64,000 nt of DNA. Source: Octopus sinensis (Eukaryota). The position numbers and the translations under genes were made by a program. The stretch is from contig NC_042999.1 of the NCBI RefSeq assembly GCF_006345805.1, forward strand, positions 76,260,001-76,324,000. Reading direction: 5' to 3'. The number at the start of each line of letters is the position of its first letter. The stretch's first letter is position 1. Positions 13,126 to 27,813 of the stretch are shown here, piece after piece. The notes under the pieces are model-generated. The model was not told the origin of the DNA, made no database searches, and saw only the letters and a list, made by a program, of their open reading frames with translations.

Positions 13126-13340
13126 GCGGCGAGCTGGCAAGAAGCATTACCGCACGGGGAAAAATGATCAACGGCATTTCGCTGGCTTTACGTTCCGAGT
13201 TCAAATTCCGCTAAGGTCGACTTTAGCTTTCATCCTTTTGGGATCGATAAAATTAGAAGCATTCAAGTACTGGGGTCTATGTAATTGATTCACACCTTCC
13301 TACGAAATTGCTGGCATTGTTCCAAAATTTGAAACCAATA
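13126..13340 (+). mobile_element. SINE family 1
   Basis: GCGGCGAGCTGGC head, GAGTTCAAATTCCGC B-box, core, and GAAACCAATA tail. Confidence 0.85.
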
Positions 13341-14997
13341 ATCAGTAAAAACAAAGCGTAGTAGGGAAAGAAACAAATCGCTTAGCAGGATGCTTTGCAC
13401 GTTAAATTCAAATCTTGATGCAACCGGTTTTCCTTTCGCGTGTGAAAGCTGTGTTTTGTGTCAGTCCTCGAAATTAAGTTTTGATTTCAACAGAGCAAAT
13501 ATCATAAAGAATAAGCACTTGTATAGGGATTACAAATGTAATAAGTCTACAAAAATGTTTAAATCGATTAAAATTGCCCCCTTAAAGACAAGAAAAACAA
13601 TTTCATATTCACTCTTGAGAAAGATAAACTTCACAATTTGAATTCATGAAGATTGAATGGGAGAACAGGCAAAATATTTGGTAAGAATGATGATGATTCT
13701 GAGATTTTTCGTCCTATCAGTCATCACCAGCGAAACATACTACAGTCATACATATCACAACTTAGCAAGACTGAGAAAATGTATAATAGTTTTGCAAATT
13801 AAGCATTCAGGGATGATGAGGGGGAAACAATTGTAAATTTTGCATCAGAATATATACTTGAACCGAAACTCAAACCAATCGCGTGAGCCAAAATGATTTA
13901 ATGACAGGTAATAATTCACGAAATGAAAACAAACATTATCATTAAAGATAATGTTTGTGAAAGGCAAGGGAGAAAACTACAAGATTTAAATTGATTAAAA
14001 CCTGCATGACAACAGGCTGAGCGAGTGAGTCAAGATACGATATGACAAAACTTTACTCGGCGTTAAAAATAAATCCAACTCCTTTATATTTACAGTAACC
14101 ACTTCTTTATTTTAATCCATTTTAATCCCGAGTGCAAAGAAACCGATACTATTTTTTTATCTATCAACGTTTAAATCATGATAACAGTTTAGTCAGAGAA
14201 AAGGCCTTGTTGAGTCGATATCACAGTTCGACTTTTGCTTACTGTTAACGTATGAAGACTTCCTTTACTATGCTAGTGCTTCTGGAAAGCATATGGACAT
14301 TATTATGATATCCATCTTCACAGCTTCCTCTAAGATGTACGACATTTCTAATTAGCCAGAGAAAAGGTAATATTTTACCACCAACGTTGTCTTGTTAGTG
14401 GACACAGCGTTAGAATGTCAGGAGGTCTCAGAACACGGTGGGAATATACGAACCAACGGATTCGCAGCTGTTTATCCAGTATGCAGCCATCTTGATAGTT
14501 CTCCATTATCACTTCCGAGATTTCATAGCAAAGACTCACTTAAATTACTTCTAATAAATGTCTTCCGCCTGTTAAGTTTCCACAGTTTATCCCAAATAAC
14601 AAATATCAATGTAAGAGAGAAAAAGTATATTTTACTCATATTTTTACTTTCCTATTCGGATCAAGATTATTATTCAATTACAGTATTGGTTTTAGTCCTA
14701 GAATAATAAAACTTCCTAATCATAGAGTAACGTTGTACTGGTATCATGTCATATGGACAATGTGCAAAGACACAAACACACACACACAAATGAATATATC
14801 AAACGACTGCTCACACTATTTTTCTCTGTCATTCTGTCGGTGCAGTACCTGTCTCTCAGGACATTCACTACCTCCCAGTCTCGTTGTCCTTCTTCCATCA
14901 GTATGCAATTTAGCACACACACACACATAAAACATTTATGTACAAACACACACACACATATAAGTCTGAATATATGCGAAGATTATGCATACATGTG

Positions 14998-15029
<32 letters not shown>

Positions 15030-15515
15030 TGCGTGTGTGTATATGGGTGAGATAGTTGGTATGTAAGAGCACGTGGTTGAATGTATAAAAACCTTATAAG
15101 ATGCTCGGGCTGCCACCAAAACAACATGGGGGTGGTTATCACTCGGACACAGATGCAGTCTGCATCGACAGCAGGCTGCATTCCCAGAATACAGAATGAT
15201 ACCCTTTAGTGAACACATTGAGAGATGCGCAAAGCAACTGCTACCACAATTTGTTTATCTTTCTATTTTATCAATGTGTCATTGGAACACCAACACAACT
15301 TAGATTAAATAAGGAAACCTTCTTCATATATATAACTTATAAAATAAGGGCAAAAGAAAAATTCTAATGCCAAATATGCCGAAAATAGACAAATTATCGA
15401 TAACCATTATAATTTATGCGTCTCGAAACCACCCGATAGAAATTTCTAAAAAATTCCGTTATTACCGTATTGGTCCCATTTCAGATTTAATTCATAAGAA
15501 TTTTCTCCTCCTCAG

Positions 15516-15586
<71 letters not shown>

Positions 15587-16521
15587 CACGCACTTATGGA
15601 TACTTACATACAAACATGCATGTATATAGGAAGTTGTAATATTTTAATTAATTCACATAGCTGCCAGCAAGTGGATAATGATCACCCAGTCTACCCTGTC
15701 CCACTTAATACTGCGCGTATGACTTTCCGATTAATACCACAACTTTGCATTTATTCAGGTTTAAATATCAACTTCATGCCAATAAAATTATTTTCATTGT
15801 ATTCTAAGTTTGTTTTTAGACATGAGTCTCACCAGTTTCAGGAAGCTTATAATCTAATGCTTTCTTGCCTTTACAATCCTGTCATCATTATCAAATAATA
15901 TATCAAGGACTACGTTGTCGATTTCTTCTTTCTTTTGTTTAGACGCTAGAATTAGACCTCGGGACACTATTTCCAACAGGTCGAGCGCCAGCATAGTGTC
16001 TGGTTTGTTTGTTTATTCAGTATGAAGAAGGACAGGATGATGAATGGGGTTAACTGCTCAAGTGGAGCATTTGATCAAATGCCTTATTTAGTTATATTTT
16101 TGTACGTTCTGAGATCAAAACTTGAGTGCCTGAAACAGTAGTTACAGGCAAGTAGTATTTTTAGATTTCATTGATGTGGCAACCTACTGAAAATGTGTAG
16201 TCATATTCTAAAATAAGAAACGAATCCAAAGTATTTTCAATACTTTCTTCTAACGTGCATGTTTATTTTCACACATTTAGTTAGTTTTCTTTCATGAGTC
16301 CTTAGAAACCTAAAGCATTCATTTCAAAAGTCACAAGTTACTCTAATGGGTGAAAAAGAAACTGGGTATGTTTATCATATATGACACATACATAGATGCC
16401 AGAGAAATATGCTCTATGTGTCACACGTGATTCATAGAACAGGCAAACTGTTAAGAAGAGGTTTACATTGCAGACAAAAAAAAAACATATCAGTACTTCT
16501 TGTGGAAATCAATATTAAGAC

Positions 16522-16685
16522 CACGTTCCGTCTTTATGTTCTGAGTTCAATTTCCGTCAAGGTCAATTTTGCTTTTCATCCCTTCCTCTCAATAAAATAA
16601 TTACCAGTTGAGCACTGGGGACAATGTAATCGACTAAGCACCTCACTCAAAATCGCTGGCCTCGTGCCATAATTTGAAATCAATA
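16522..16685 (+). mobile_element. SINE family 1 (headless)
   Basis: B-box, core and tail. Flanked by the direct repeat GAAATCAATATTAAGACCA (16505-16523 and 16676-16694), a possible TSD or tail duplication. Confidence 0.75.
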
Positions 16686-18559
16686 TTAAGACCAGGTCAA
16701 TGACAATGAAATTTGAAAATTCTGTAGTTTCGGATTAACTAATTCATGTCTGAGTTCGAATTCTCTTGAGGTCAATATTAATATACACTTGTGTAGTTGA
16801 TAAAATGAGAATCTGAATGTGGATTTAAATCATTATACCTATTCCTTATACGTCTCTCTCTCTCTACCTCTCCTCTCTCTCCCTCTCCCTCTCCTCTCTC
16901 TCCCTCTCCTCTCTCTCCCTCCCTCTCTCTCTCTCTCCATTTCCTCTCTTTCCCATTCTCTCTCTGCATATAAGAAAATGACTGAAAAGAAAAGTTTATA
17001 AATTACAGTAATTTATCTTTCGAAAGTTCAAATTCCACAATAAGTCGCACACGTATGCGTGTTCACTGCGTTCAGACAAAAAAATTCAACTCGCCTTGCC
17101 TAATCTTGTACCTTAATTTAAAAAAAAATGAATGCCAAAATCTCTATTGATAGTATTCGAACTTGGCATCTTAATAACCAATATGGCATCTAAATCCAGC
17201 TCCACAAAAAAAAACAGAGAGCCTCAAATGACATTTTAGTCAATCGTTTTGCAGTAAAATCAAGTTGAAGCAAGAAATACAAAATAACATGAATATATCT
17301 AAAAATATAACCTCTTTTCCTCATGGATAATTATGTTTTAGAGAATATATTTAATTATATTTTGCCGTTGTTTTATTCTTTCTTATTATCAAAGTCAGAT
17401 CGAACGAAAAGATTTTGATATTTACTACTTTCAATGTTTCAAAACTTTATTTTATCTTTTTTTCTCATTTATTGAAGATTTTGTACAGAAGAAAATTCTT
17501 CTGAAGAAATTTTTCATAGCCTTCCTTTCATTGATTTCTTTCCTATCAAGTGAAAATGTTTGATAAACTTCTTAGATGTTGGTTATTTTTTCAGTCTTTT
17601 ATTTTTCTTCAAGGGTGAAAACAAATCTATGAACTAGTTTCAATTTTTTTTTTGTCGAGACATAAAATGAACGCCCAACCCGTTTCATTCTACAAATTCA
17701 CTTTTCCAACTTTGTTTCCCCGCATATAAAAACATACACACACACATGCGCGCGCACGTGCGTACACTCACAGAAACACACCCATCATCGCTTGCACCAG
17801 AAATATGCCATTAAACGTTATAGATTTATTATGGCAATTTTATAAAGTAGAAGACGGATATGTGACAACACTGTTAGTTTCCAACTGAGAACATCGATTG
17901 AATTTACTTTCTCTGATCCGGTATCAAAAGGTTAATCTATCAACATCATGCTGATATGCCTTCTTCGAGTTATACATCACATTAGTAAACGGTGAAAGTT
18001 GCTTTTGTGCATTAAACGTTGACATCATATGACATTTATACGCGGAAGTTTGTGGCGGTAAGCTCTACTTAAATAACTTTGGAAAATTATGTTATATTAC
18101 ACTATTTAATGTCTATCACGGCGTATTTGTAAATACCACTTAAGACATTTATGCTTGCTATCCATCATTAATGATAATATATGCTGAATTATAAACATTC
18201 ATTAGCTTACAGATGGCAATAGAATTTCGTATGTAGTTAATAGTTAAAAATGGTGCTTATTTTCGTTTCGAGTATATATTATACGGTGCAAATGCCGCTC
18301 ATGATTGATGATTATTATCATATTCATTGAAAATTTCTGTTTTCGTAAGATGTAAATATAATAAATGATTTGATCGGTGTTTAATTCCACTGCTAGAATT
18401 CCTAATGTGCTGTCATTTGGAGGATTTCTTCTGACTACCGTTTCTACAGACTTACAGCTGTGTACAGTAAATTTTAATCACTTATGATTAAAAATGCAAA
18501 AGAATTCTTTACATTGCTACATGGTCACGAATGTATAAAGATGTGGGATACTGTCTTCA

Positions 18560-19615
18560 GACATAACACAGGTATTTTATTTTATTGTTGATTCTGAAAG
18601 TCGGCATCACAGAAATATTAGCGTAGAATGATATTTAAAACATTTTGTAAGATGTTTCTGTTAACTTAATGGTGTTTCAAATTTCAATGTGCATGATTCT
18701 GCATTTCGTTCTTACAGTATCAATAAAAGAAAAATACCAGTCATGGAATGGAATCGATCGACTCGACTGCTCACCTTCCAAAATTATTGGCTTTGCACCA
18801 GTCTCAGAAATAATTTAGGGTGGTGGTTTGGCAAAATCCCACTGAAAGTGGGATTTGAACCCAGATCGTAAATAGCTGTAAGTATATAAAGCAAGGTCTT
18901 TATAATAATAACTGTTGTTAATATAGACACAATGTCATATTTAGGTGAGAAAAGGGGTTAGTCAATTACATCAACATCAGTACTTGACTCGTACTTCATC
19001 AACACCCAAAATGCTTTCTGATATTAAATTATATCTCATTAAGTTCTCAGTTCAAATACCGTCGAGGTCAACATTGCTTTGCATAGTCCTAATTTGAGAA
19101 AATAAAGTAAAATACCAGTACTGCAGTCAATGTAATCCACTACCTTTCACCCCACAAAAGTAATGTCTTGTGCTTATGATAATTATTGAAGCATTTCATA
19201 CACAGAATTGAAAGACTCTCATACAAATTGTCTTCTGTTATTTACTTGCTAACATTGTTCATATCCCACTGAGGTTTATTTTGCCTATCATATTACCAGA
19301 TCGGTACAATAAAGTACCTGATAAGTTCAAAGGCAGTTTAAACCACAGAGGAAATTTAAACCACAAATCTTGAGAACTTCTGGCCTTGTGCCTAGACTAG
19401 AGGTCATCATTACGGACGGTTGACTAGTAAACTCGCTAGATGTCTCAGTATAATTATTAGGGATCTTTACAATCTGAATCACCAGCTACGGTCAGATTTG
19501 CCTGTCTTCTTTTCAAGGTTGTTAAAATTAAGTGCCAGTCAAGTACTGGGATCCAAAGAATGACTGTTCCGTTCCCCATCTTTCTGATCTTGTGTCTATG
19601 CTAATAAAATTTATC
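18560..19615. mobile_element. Cluster of old, degraded SINE family 1 copies in both orientations
   Basis: Repeated GTTCAAAT / TTTGAAC B-box and AAGTACCAG / CTGGTACT core remnants. Confidence 0.55.
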
Positions 19616-21136
19616 AATATTAATATTTTGTAGATTTCTAAATGAAGGACAAGAGAGCAGATCTGTAAGGAAGCGGGTGCAGTCCACTGAAGGGACTACA
19701 ATACATTACTGGTACATACACTGTCGCACACAAGTAATTCCGGCATGATTTGAACCAACTTTCGAAAGATAAATAAATACCTCACATCCTACTGCTCTGA
19801 AACATTATCATCATATCTGATAATTATTATGAACATGTAACAACTGCTCTGTATGTACAATAAGAAGCTAAATATTACGAAAGTGTTCCTTTGAACTTCT
19901 CTCTATAAAGTGAAGTTTTAACGAATCTATTAGTTGCAGATGTATGCCGTATATTACATGATGCCATGTTACGTACTGGTGAGGAAGAGGAATGTCGAGT
20001 TTTAGTTGAAAAAAGTCAGTTCATGCTGATGATGATGATGACGACGACAGACCATGTTAGTAAGGATGAAAAAGGTGATGATGATGATGATCAAAGTTAA
20101 AAATATAAAAATAACAGCACAAGAAGACAATATACACAGTACAAGTAGACACAGCATGTCGTGCCATTTAAGCTGTGACTTATAAAAATGTTTATTGGTA
20201 TTTCTCTTAGCCCGTAAGTCGAATTCCAAACAACATGTATTCTACTAAAGTGAATAAAATGCTGTGATATGTAAGTACGTTCTTTCTAAGTTGACATTTA
20301 TATTTATAAATGAAATTGCGCTGTTTCTCACTTAACATTTTGTACACCTTGTCACAAATTTGTTTTATCCAAGCCAGTACACACGACTCAATTGCCGTTG
20401 TTAGCAACACATGGCGTAGAATAGTACTGAGGAAAGATGATGGAGAAGATAATATTGTACCGAAAACAGAGGCAGATACTTCTGCACTGATAATACGTGG
20501 CGGGGAGTTTATATAATAAAGAACTAGAAATGAACAAGTAATATGAGGCAGATAATAATGTACTGAAGATTCATGGTGGTGCATATTACTGCAGTGGAAA
20601 TGTACACTGATTTATATACTGATAGTGAATACATTATGGGGCTTATAATATCGCGTTGAAAATATACGGTGGGTTATTACATACTAAGAAATAAATGTTG
20701 GGACATATAATATTGTACTATATTAAACTGCATTAGAAATGATACGGAACATATAATAATGAACTTAAAATAGAACTGAAAGAAGCTGAGATGATTTTTG
20801 AAATATATAAAATGTAACTCAGTACTGTATGCTAATATATGATTCATCCAGTTTTCACAATAGCTGGTATGTACCGCTATGTCGTACTTTTTTACTCCCA
20901 GTTCAGCTAAACCGATTTCCAAAAGATTTCCAACATGTCACAAATCCTACAAATATTTCAAGATTGAATTCAATCAGTTGATTATGATCATAATTACGCT
21001 TGGCTGGGGTAAAGATGGTATCAGCTGATAGTCCTATCACTCGACTTATACACGTGTTTGAGTTTATAAATTACTAGTGATATTTCCAGCAGTTCCATCA
21101 CTCTGTGTGCGTGTGTTTGGATGTAAGAAGATATAT

Positions 21137-21183
<47 letters not shown>

Positions 21184-21187
<4 letters not shown>

Positions 21188-21403
21188 TGATCCAAACAAG
21201 AAAACACAGGAAAAAAGAGAAAAAAACACAGCAACGCAGGACGTGGAACAGTTAAAGTATTATTGACGCTCAGGAAAGAAGGGAAGGAGGGTTTAACGTT
21301 TCGAGCGGAGCTCTTCGTCGGAAACAAGAAGGAAAGATCCCAAGGAGGGAAGACAGAGGAGAAAATATTTGAGCTGGTGGTGCTCAAGAGATCACATGTT
21401 GAT
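21184..21403 (-). mobile_element. ~220 bp hammerhead-containing repeat (Penelope-like LTR, family C) in (TA)n
   Basis: Discrete block flanked on both sides by (TA)n, with the ribozyme motif followed on the minus strand by a pyrimidine-rich stretch and a T-rich end. Confidence 0.6.
21291..21325 (-). ncRNA. Minimal type I hammerhead ribozyme, U4C core variant (family C)
   Basis: The minus strand reads GTTT CCGACGA A GAGC TCC GCTC GAAA CG TTA AAC: stem I GTTT/AAAC, stem II GAGC/GCTC, and palindromic AACGTT in place of stem III. Confidence 0.7.
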
Positions 21404-21461
<58 letters not shown>

Positions 21462-22367
21462 GGACTGTATCCATATATACATACTTATGTTAGTGGATAT
21501 GTATTTAATGTGTGTTTCTTTCTCTCCTTTCATACATAAATGCCTATATGGAGAGAGAGAGGGAGAGAGAAAGAAAGAAACAAACAAACAAACTTGTAAT
21601 TAGGCATTCAAGTATACAATATATGTCAGCACACAAAACTCACATATTTCTTAATTTTAATCAAGAAAAGAGGTAGGTAAGTCACATACTTTTGACGCCC
21701 TTTATTTATGACTATTTAATTTAATCTGTTTTATGAAACAGAGATTCTATATTTGGCAAATATTTTACTGCTTGCTTTCCTTCACTAACAAACATAAAAG
21801 TTAGTTGCTTGGTTTTCTGTGCGAGCATGGTTTGTAGAAAACATAAATAATTTTAGGTGAATGAACTTGCAATTCCCAAATGACAATGTAACCTTCGTTC
21901 AATTAAGGTATCTTCGGCTTGAGTAATTATTACATCAGGGGATCTGTTAGATAGAAAACATATTTAGCCTGGATTTTACTTGTTCCACTCCTTCAATTTG
22001 GATTTTTGTTCACATTCATAACAACTCTAACCGCGAGCTATACATACATTTTTTCAGCTTATCGAAATTCGATATCGGAAAAAGCCTACAAACTTCGATG
22101 CCAATAAATTATTATTGTACCCGAACATGTATTTTATACCTACTAGGGACTGCTCCAAGCTTACAAACTTCCTACACTTAGGTCCTTGGATCTTACAATT
22201 ACGTATATATATATATTTTAAATTCTGTTGGATTTTACCGATAGGGTATTGGAATCTTACATATATACCATTCTGCCTAAAAAATGGATCTACAAATTAA
22301 GTATCCCTACATATCTCACATCTATTTTCTTTCCTGCACCTCTCTCTCTATTTTGTAGCCTATCTAA

Positions 22368-22505
22368 ATTAACTATTACTTAACCATCCTCTCACACCAT
22401 CTCCAATGAAGGGATAAAATTAATAAATATCTTGGAAACAGCTGTAAGACCTATCTATAAATGTTCTAATATCTACACAGCCTTGGTTTTTTTTACCTCT
22501 TATAA
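22368..22505 (+). mobile_element. Hammerhead-containing repeat (family B), older copy
   Basis: Collinear similarity with 54828-54972. Confidence 0.55.
22399..22450 (+). ncRNA. Degenerate hammerhead motif (family B, second copy)
   Basis: ATCT CCAATGA A GGGATA...TATCTT G GAAA CAGCT GTA AGAC, with a perfect palindrome ACAGCTGT in stem III. G5 is mutated to A, so it is probably inactive. Confidence 0.5.
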
Positions 22506-22513
22506 CCTATGTA

Positions 22514-22547
<34 letters not shown>

Positions 22548-23284
22548 ACTATATATATATATATATATATATATACATGCATACACAGAAATAAAGGGAG
22601 GGAAGATTGAAAGTGAGAAACAGTAAAGATGAAGGAAATAGGTGTCATCCCTTTAAAGATGAGTGTTCCAATTTTTTTCAACGCAACTGGCTGGGAATAT
22701 ATAATAACTCCATCAATTTCGCAATAGAAAGTTGAACCTCGGAATGAGACCTGATTGAGAGGATTTCAATGAGCTCAGCTACTTGTATTGGCTACATTAT
22801 AGTCTCACCTTTATACACCACGTACGGCATGTTTCTATGTACCATAGTGTGTATATTTATATGAATGTGGTTTACATGTCTACACAAGAATGTGGTCAGC
22901 ATTAAAGCTTTGTCAAGAATATAGAAGTGTCTGTTAAATACACACAACTAACACAGTCCAGCAATCTTGTCGAAATATGAAAGAAGTATCAACAATACTG
23001 GACAGCCAATTGCAGTCTGGTCAACTACTGTTGAAAAGAAAACACTGTTTACTATATAGATGTATGAATGGTGGATTAAAGTGACTTTGTGTTTGAATAT
23101 AAGCAGATATAGAGAGAGTTAAACATATAAAGCAACAACAAAAACTCACTTAAACAAACATCCGTACGTGCGCAGACTTAATGATACATCTATACCCCGG
23201 TATTATCTATTTCACTGCCTCTTGCCTTCTTACTTTATTTCTTTCTTTCTCTCTCTCTACTCTTCTCTCTCTCACTCATTTGTA

Positions 23285-23337
23285 TAAGTGTGTGTGTGAA
23301 TGTGTGTATAATGCATATATATACATTTGTATGTGTC

Positions 23338-23378
<41 letters not shown>

Positions 23379-23433
23379 ATATATATATATGTGTGTGTAT
23401 GTACATATGTGCATGTATATATATATATATTAT

Positions 23434-23469
<36 letters not shown>

Positions 23470-23543
23470 GTATATATATATATATGTATATATGTATATA
23501 TGCATGTATACATATGTATGTATACATATATACGTATCGTATG

Positions 23544-23592
<49 letters not shown>

Positions 23593-23747
23593 CACGCATA
23601 CACACACAGAGATATGTATGCATGAACGTACGTATCCATGCATTGACTTCATATGTACTTGTCACTGTATAAACAGGCGCAGTCACTGAAGCAAATATAT
23701 CACTAGGTAAGCTTATAAACATACAAAAGCATATATTTACACACATA

Positions 23748-23790
<43 letters not shown>

Positions 23791-24286
23791 GCACGCATAC
23801 GCACGCATATATAGGCATGATCACACATTCATACTAACACAGGATAGATATATGAATCTATTTATTCCTATCTATTATTCAATTCATAGTTTTCAAATGT
23901 ACACAATAAATCAGGAACGTAAATATATATATTATATAAATAGCAACAATATTAGTATGTGATTACTATTTGATATTCTTGAATATTTCTGCAATGAAAT
24001 TTCCAGTTGAAGAACTACATTCTCACGCATTAGCTGCACGGCAAATTCTATTTAGAATTTAAAGCATGTACATTACTTATTATTGAACATATTTTCGTCT
24101 CACTAAAATCGTGATAAGTTCAATGGTTTGAACATGATTTAATATGTAAACAGTCTATTCTGATATGTGAATATGTGTATATTTACACACACTTACATGT
24201 ATACATCTCTCTCTCTCTCTCTCTGTATATATATATATATATATATATATACTTCATGTATACATTTTATATATATATACGTTTAC

Positions 24287-24336
<50 letters not shown>

Positions 24337-24349
24337 TATATATATATAT

Positions 24350-24402
<53 letters not shown>

Positions 24403-24510
24403 GTATACATATACATATATATGTATGTGTATATATATATATATTATATATATATATATACATGTATATATATACACATGTATAATATGTACATATATAT
24501 ATATTATAGT
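23285..24510. repeat. Compound (TA)/(TG)/(CA) microsatellite fields
   Basis: Direct inspection. These fields account for the many I/Y/V/C-repeat ORFs. Confidence 0.9.
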
Positions 24511-26929
24511 GAGAGGGGGGAGTGAGAGAGAGGTGAGAGACATACAAACACACACGTGTGAATATATGCACTGTAGTATGTGCGTGCTTGTTTGCACGAA
24601 TATGCATCTTTGTGAATGCGCAGGTTATGGGCGTGTATACACATTCATGCACATATACTCCATATATGCCTATATATATATATATATATATATACACATA
24701 CACACAAATGTACTGGCACGTTCGTCTCTGTGCAGTCATAGAATCTTACTGCTTAAAATATGGAGTCATGCTGGTTTGTAAATTTAATATTGTTTCAATC
24801 TAAGAGTGCTTATGCCTTCATTTCAACGTCTGTACGTGCACGCACATGTTTGCGTGTGTGTGTGTGTGTGTGTGTGTATGCGTGCGTGAGTGAATGTTTG
24901 TATGGATGTGGAAGTCCATGGACAGGTACACCTCTGCATGACTTAATGCTCTATGTATGGCTTATATGCACATATTACACCTGAGGACTTGTTAGTTTCT
25001 CATGACTAATTGCAGTGACGGCGCACGCCTTCATTATACATGGAAACAATAGTGAAGCACTTAGCATAGAACAAAAGGCAACGTTGCTCTCTCCTCAAAC
25101 TGCATCAATTAGCCATATCTGTTTGAAGAAATCCTTACAAGCAGCTTATTAACTCAATCATTACTGCCGAAACCACCGTTATCGTTTAGATGAAGCAGTT
25201 TTCCTTTTGCAAACTACTTTCTTTCTGGACGTTGAATATATTCACTGTATTCATATACTCAATATTACTAATTCTTAATGATTAATGCAATTGCTACTCA
25301 ATGTATTTACAGTTCCATTTACCAACACTAAATGCTGCTCTTGGAATGTATCTTTAATAATCATACAAGAGTGGACTCCTGCCTCACCCATTTCCTGGCT
25401 TTTCTCTAAAGTCTTTGAAATATTTTGAGTAATTTCAGTTTCACGATCTATTTATTTATTTATTTATTTATCTATGCATTTATGTATTTATTTATTTATT
25501 TATTCATTCATTCATTTACTTTGTGCCCTCAGTGCTTGCATTTCTGTACCCTTACATTAAATATTTCCCACAAATTCCCCTCTAAATTATACATTATAAT
25601 TAATAGAGTGTTCAACGAAATTGTCAACCCGTCTCACACACACACACTTTCGATTTTGTTTCCTGTAACTCTAAGTTGACCAACCGATATTTAAAATATA
25701 CATAACCTCAACTAACCTCGGCCAATGGCGCTAAATAACGAATTTAATTTCGCTTCTTTTATCCGTCCATCTTTCATCTATCCATCCTTCTGTACTTCTA
25801 TCCATCTTGTCATTCAGAGATTCTCTTTATTCATCGTTCATTCAGTTCTCCATTCGTTCATTTGTCCAATTATTTCTTTATCTATTTGCTTCTGTGTTTC
25901 TTGTTTCACTTTGTTTTCGTTTTATTTTATTTTTACTTTGTTGGGTTTTTTTTTATTAAAGGTAGGGAGACATCGGCCAAAGTTTATTTGTTCATTGGCC
26001 AATAGTCAACAGCGAAGGAATGTTAGTTATAGAGCAGGGAAAATTCTATCTCTGACTAATGAAAAGAAGAATACGTCTTCTTAAATGTTGTCGACTTATG
26101 GGTACATATTTACCCAAAAACTAGCTGCTATCTTACGCATATCTCAGGAAGCGAGAAAGAATGTTTCAATCAGAAACAAGAAGCTAATTTGTCCTATTGT
26201 TTTGGGGATAAAAACAGTGGTTTACAGTAATGGCGAATAGAATAGTATGGCTTTGTATGATGTAATACAGTGTAAGTGTAGTGTCGATGTAGTTATATCG
26301 AGAAGCGTGTTGTCGTTTTATTTGGAGGTGTAAGGCTTTGTGTAGCTTAGTGTAGCGTGTTATGCTGTGTGGTATGATGTGCAGATTGGATCAAAATATT
26401 TTCTCCTTATGTTGCTATGGTGACATCAGTTATTCCCTTCCTATATTGTTATGGCAATATAAAATATTCATTAAAATCATTAATTAATAACAATATTGAT
26501 AACGATATTAACAGTAATACTAATATTATTAAGAATAATAATGTTCTTTCACATGTTAATGAGGGTTTATTACATTTTATAATAATAGCAATAGCTGAAG
26601 AAATATGTATATAATTATTGATAGTATTTTTTTGAAAATAATAAAAATCATCATCATCATCATCATCATCAGCAACACCATAATTATCAACCTCGTCATT
26701 ATCACTATTGCCACCATTAACTTCACTACTTCTTCGATTTTATGAAGAATGACATTAACGCTAGTATCGGTACTAAATTATTATAACTTCCGTTAAAGTC
26801 ATTACAGTGTAGAAATATTTGCATATAGTTGTTAATGAAAGTGATAGTGATTGCAATGGTAACCATACCAACATTAAGGACAATTATATTTGACCTTGAT
26901 GTAAACAATAACTACAATAATTATGACTT

Positions 26930-27375
26930 CTAATTTTGGTACAAGATTACCCTTTTGTTAGGGAAAGGAATAGTCAATTATATCGACTCCAGTGCATAAC
27001 TGGTAATTATCCTATCGATTCCGGAAGGATAAAAGGAAAATTTGACCTCGGCCGGATTTAAACATAAATTTGGACTCGGAACTTAAAAGGAGGTAACATT
27101 ATACCGCTAGGTGACAGAACCGGTAAACCATCGAACATTCTGTACGAAGGTCAACCGATTCTGTCATTTTCCGCCTTAATAACTACAATAGTAACTGTTT
27201 CTAGCATTGACATAAGATCAAAAGTTTTTGAGGAGGGCACTATCGATTAAACCGACTCCAGTCACTAAATGGTACTTATTTTATTGATTTCGAAAGGATG
27301 AAAGGCAAAGTTGACCTCGATGGGATCTGAGCATAAACTTGACATAAATACTGTAAGATATTATTTTTCTGCCAT
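26930..27375 (-). mobile_element. Two SINE family 1 copies
   Basis: GGATAAAAGGAAAATTTGACCTCGG and GGATGAAAGGCAAAGTTGACCTCG cores on the + strand (reverse complement of the SINE core). Confidence 0.75.
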
Positions 27376-27459
27376 TAAACTGCTTTTAACAAGAGTAATG
27401 AAAAAAAAAACATATATTATTATTATTATTATTTTATTATTATTATTATTATTTTATTA

Positions 27460-27792
27460 TTCAGTAGTTTTAAATTTATAGCGTGCTTTCACTTCACTTC
27501 CGCGCGCAGCTCTGTGTGCCTTGGGTATGTGTTGTGATTTGTTGTGGTGCTCTGATGGTTACTGTATTGAAAGTGTTCTGCGTAGGATGTGTGCAGTGCC
27601 TAGAGGGCAATTTTCTGTATGTTATATTTGTTTGTAAGTCCTGGTGTTTTTGTTATGTATTTGTCTGAATATATTTTTTATCATGCCTAATGCACCTAGT
27701 ATGATAGGAATTGTTTCTGTTTTTAGATTCCACATTCTAGTTACCTCAATTTCCAGGTCTTTGTATTTTGAAAGTTTCTCCATTTCTTTTAG
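27460..27792 (-). mobile_element. 3' fragment (~330 bp) of the same R4/Dong-like family
   Basis: The reverse complement closely matches 1628-1960 (LKEMEKLSKYKDLEIEVTRMW... plus the 3' UTR ending ACTACTGAA). (ATT)n on both sides. Confidence 0.92.
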
Positions 27793-27813
27793 ATATTATT
27801 ATTATTATTATTA

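Noticed and set aside
15380-15520. Possible additional decayed Penelope-LTR or hammerhead remnant (…GCGTCTCGAAACCACCCGATAGA… next to (TA)n)
   Set aside because: No CUGANGA-like core or stem I/II pairing can be reconstructed.
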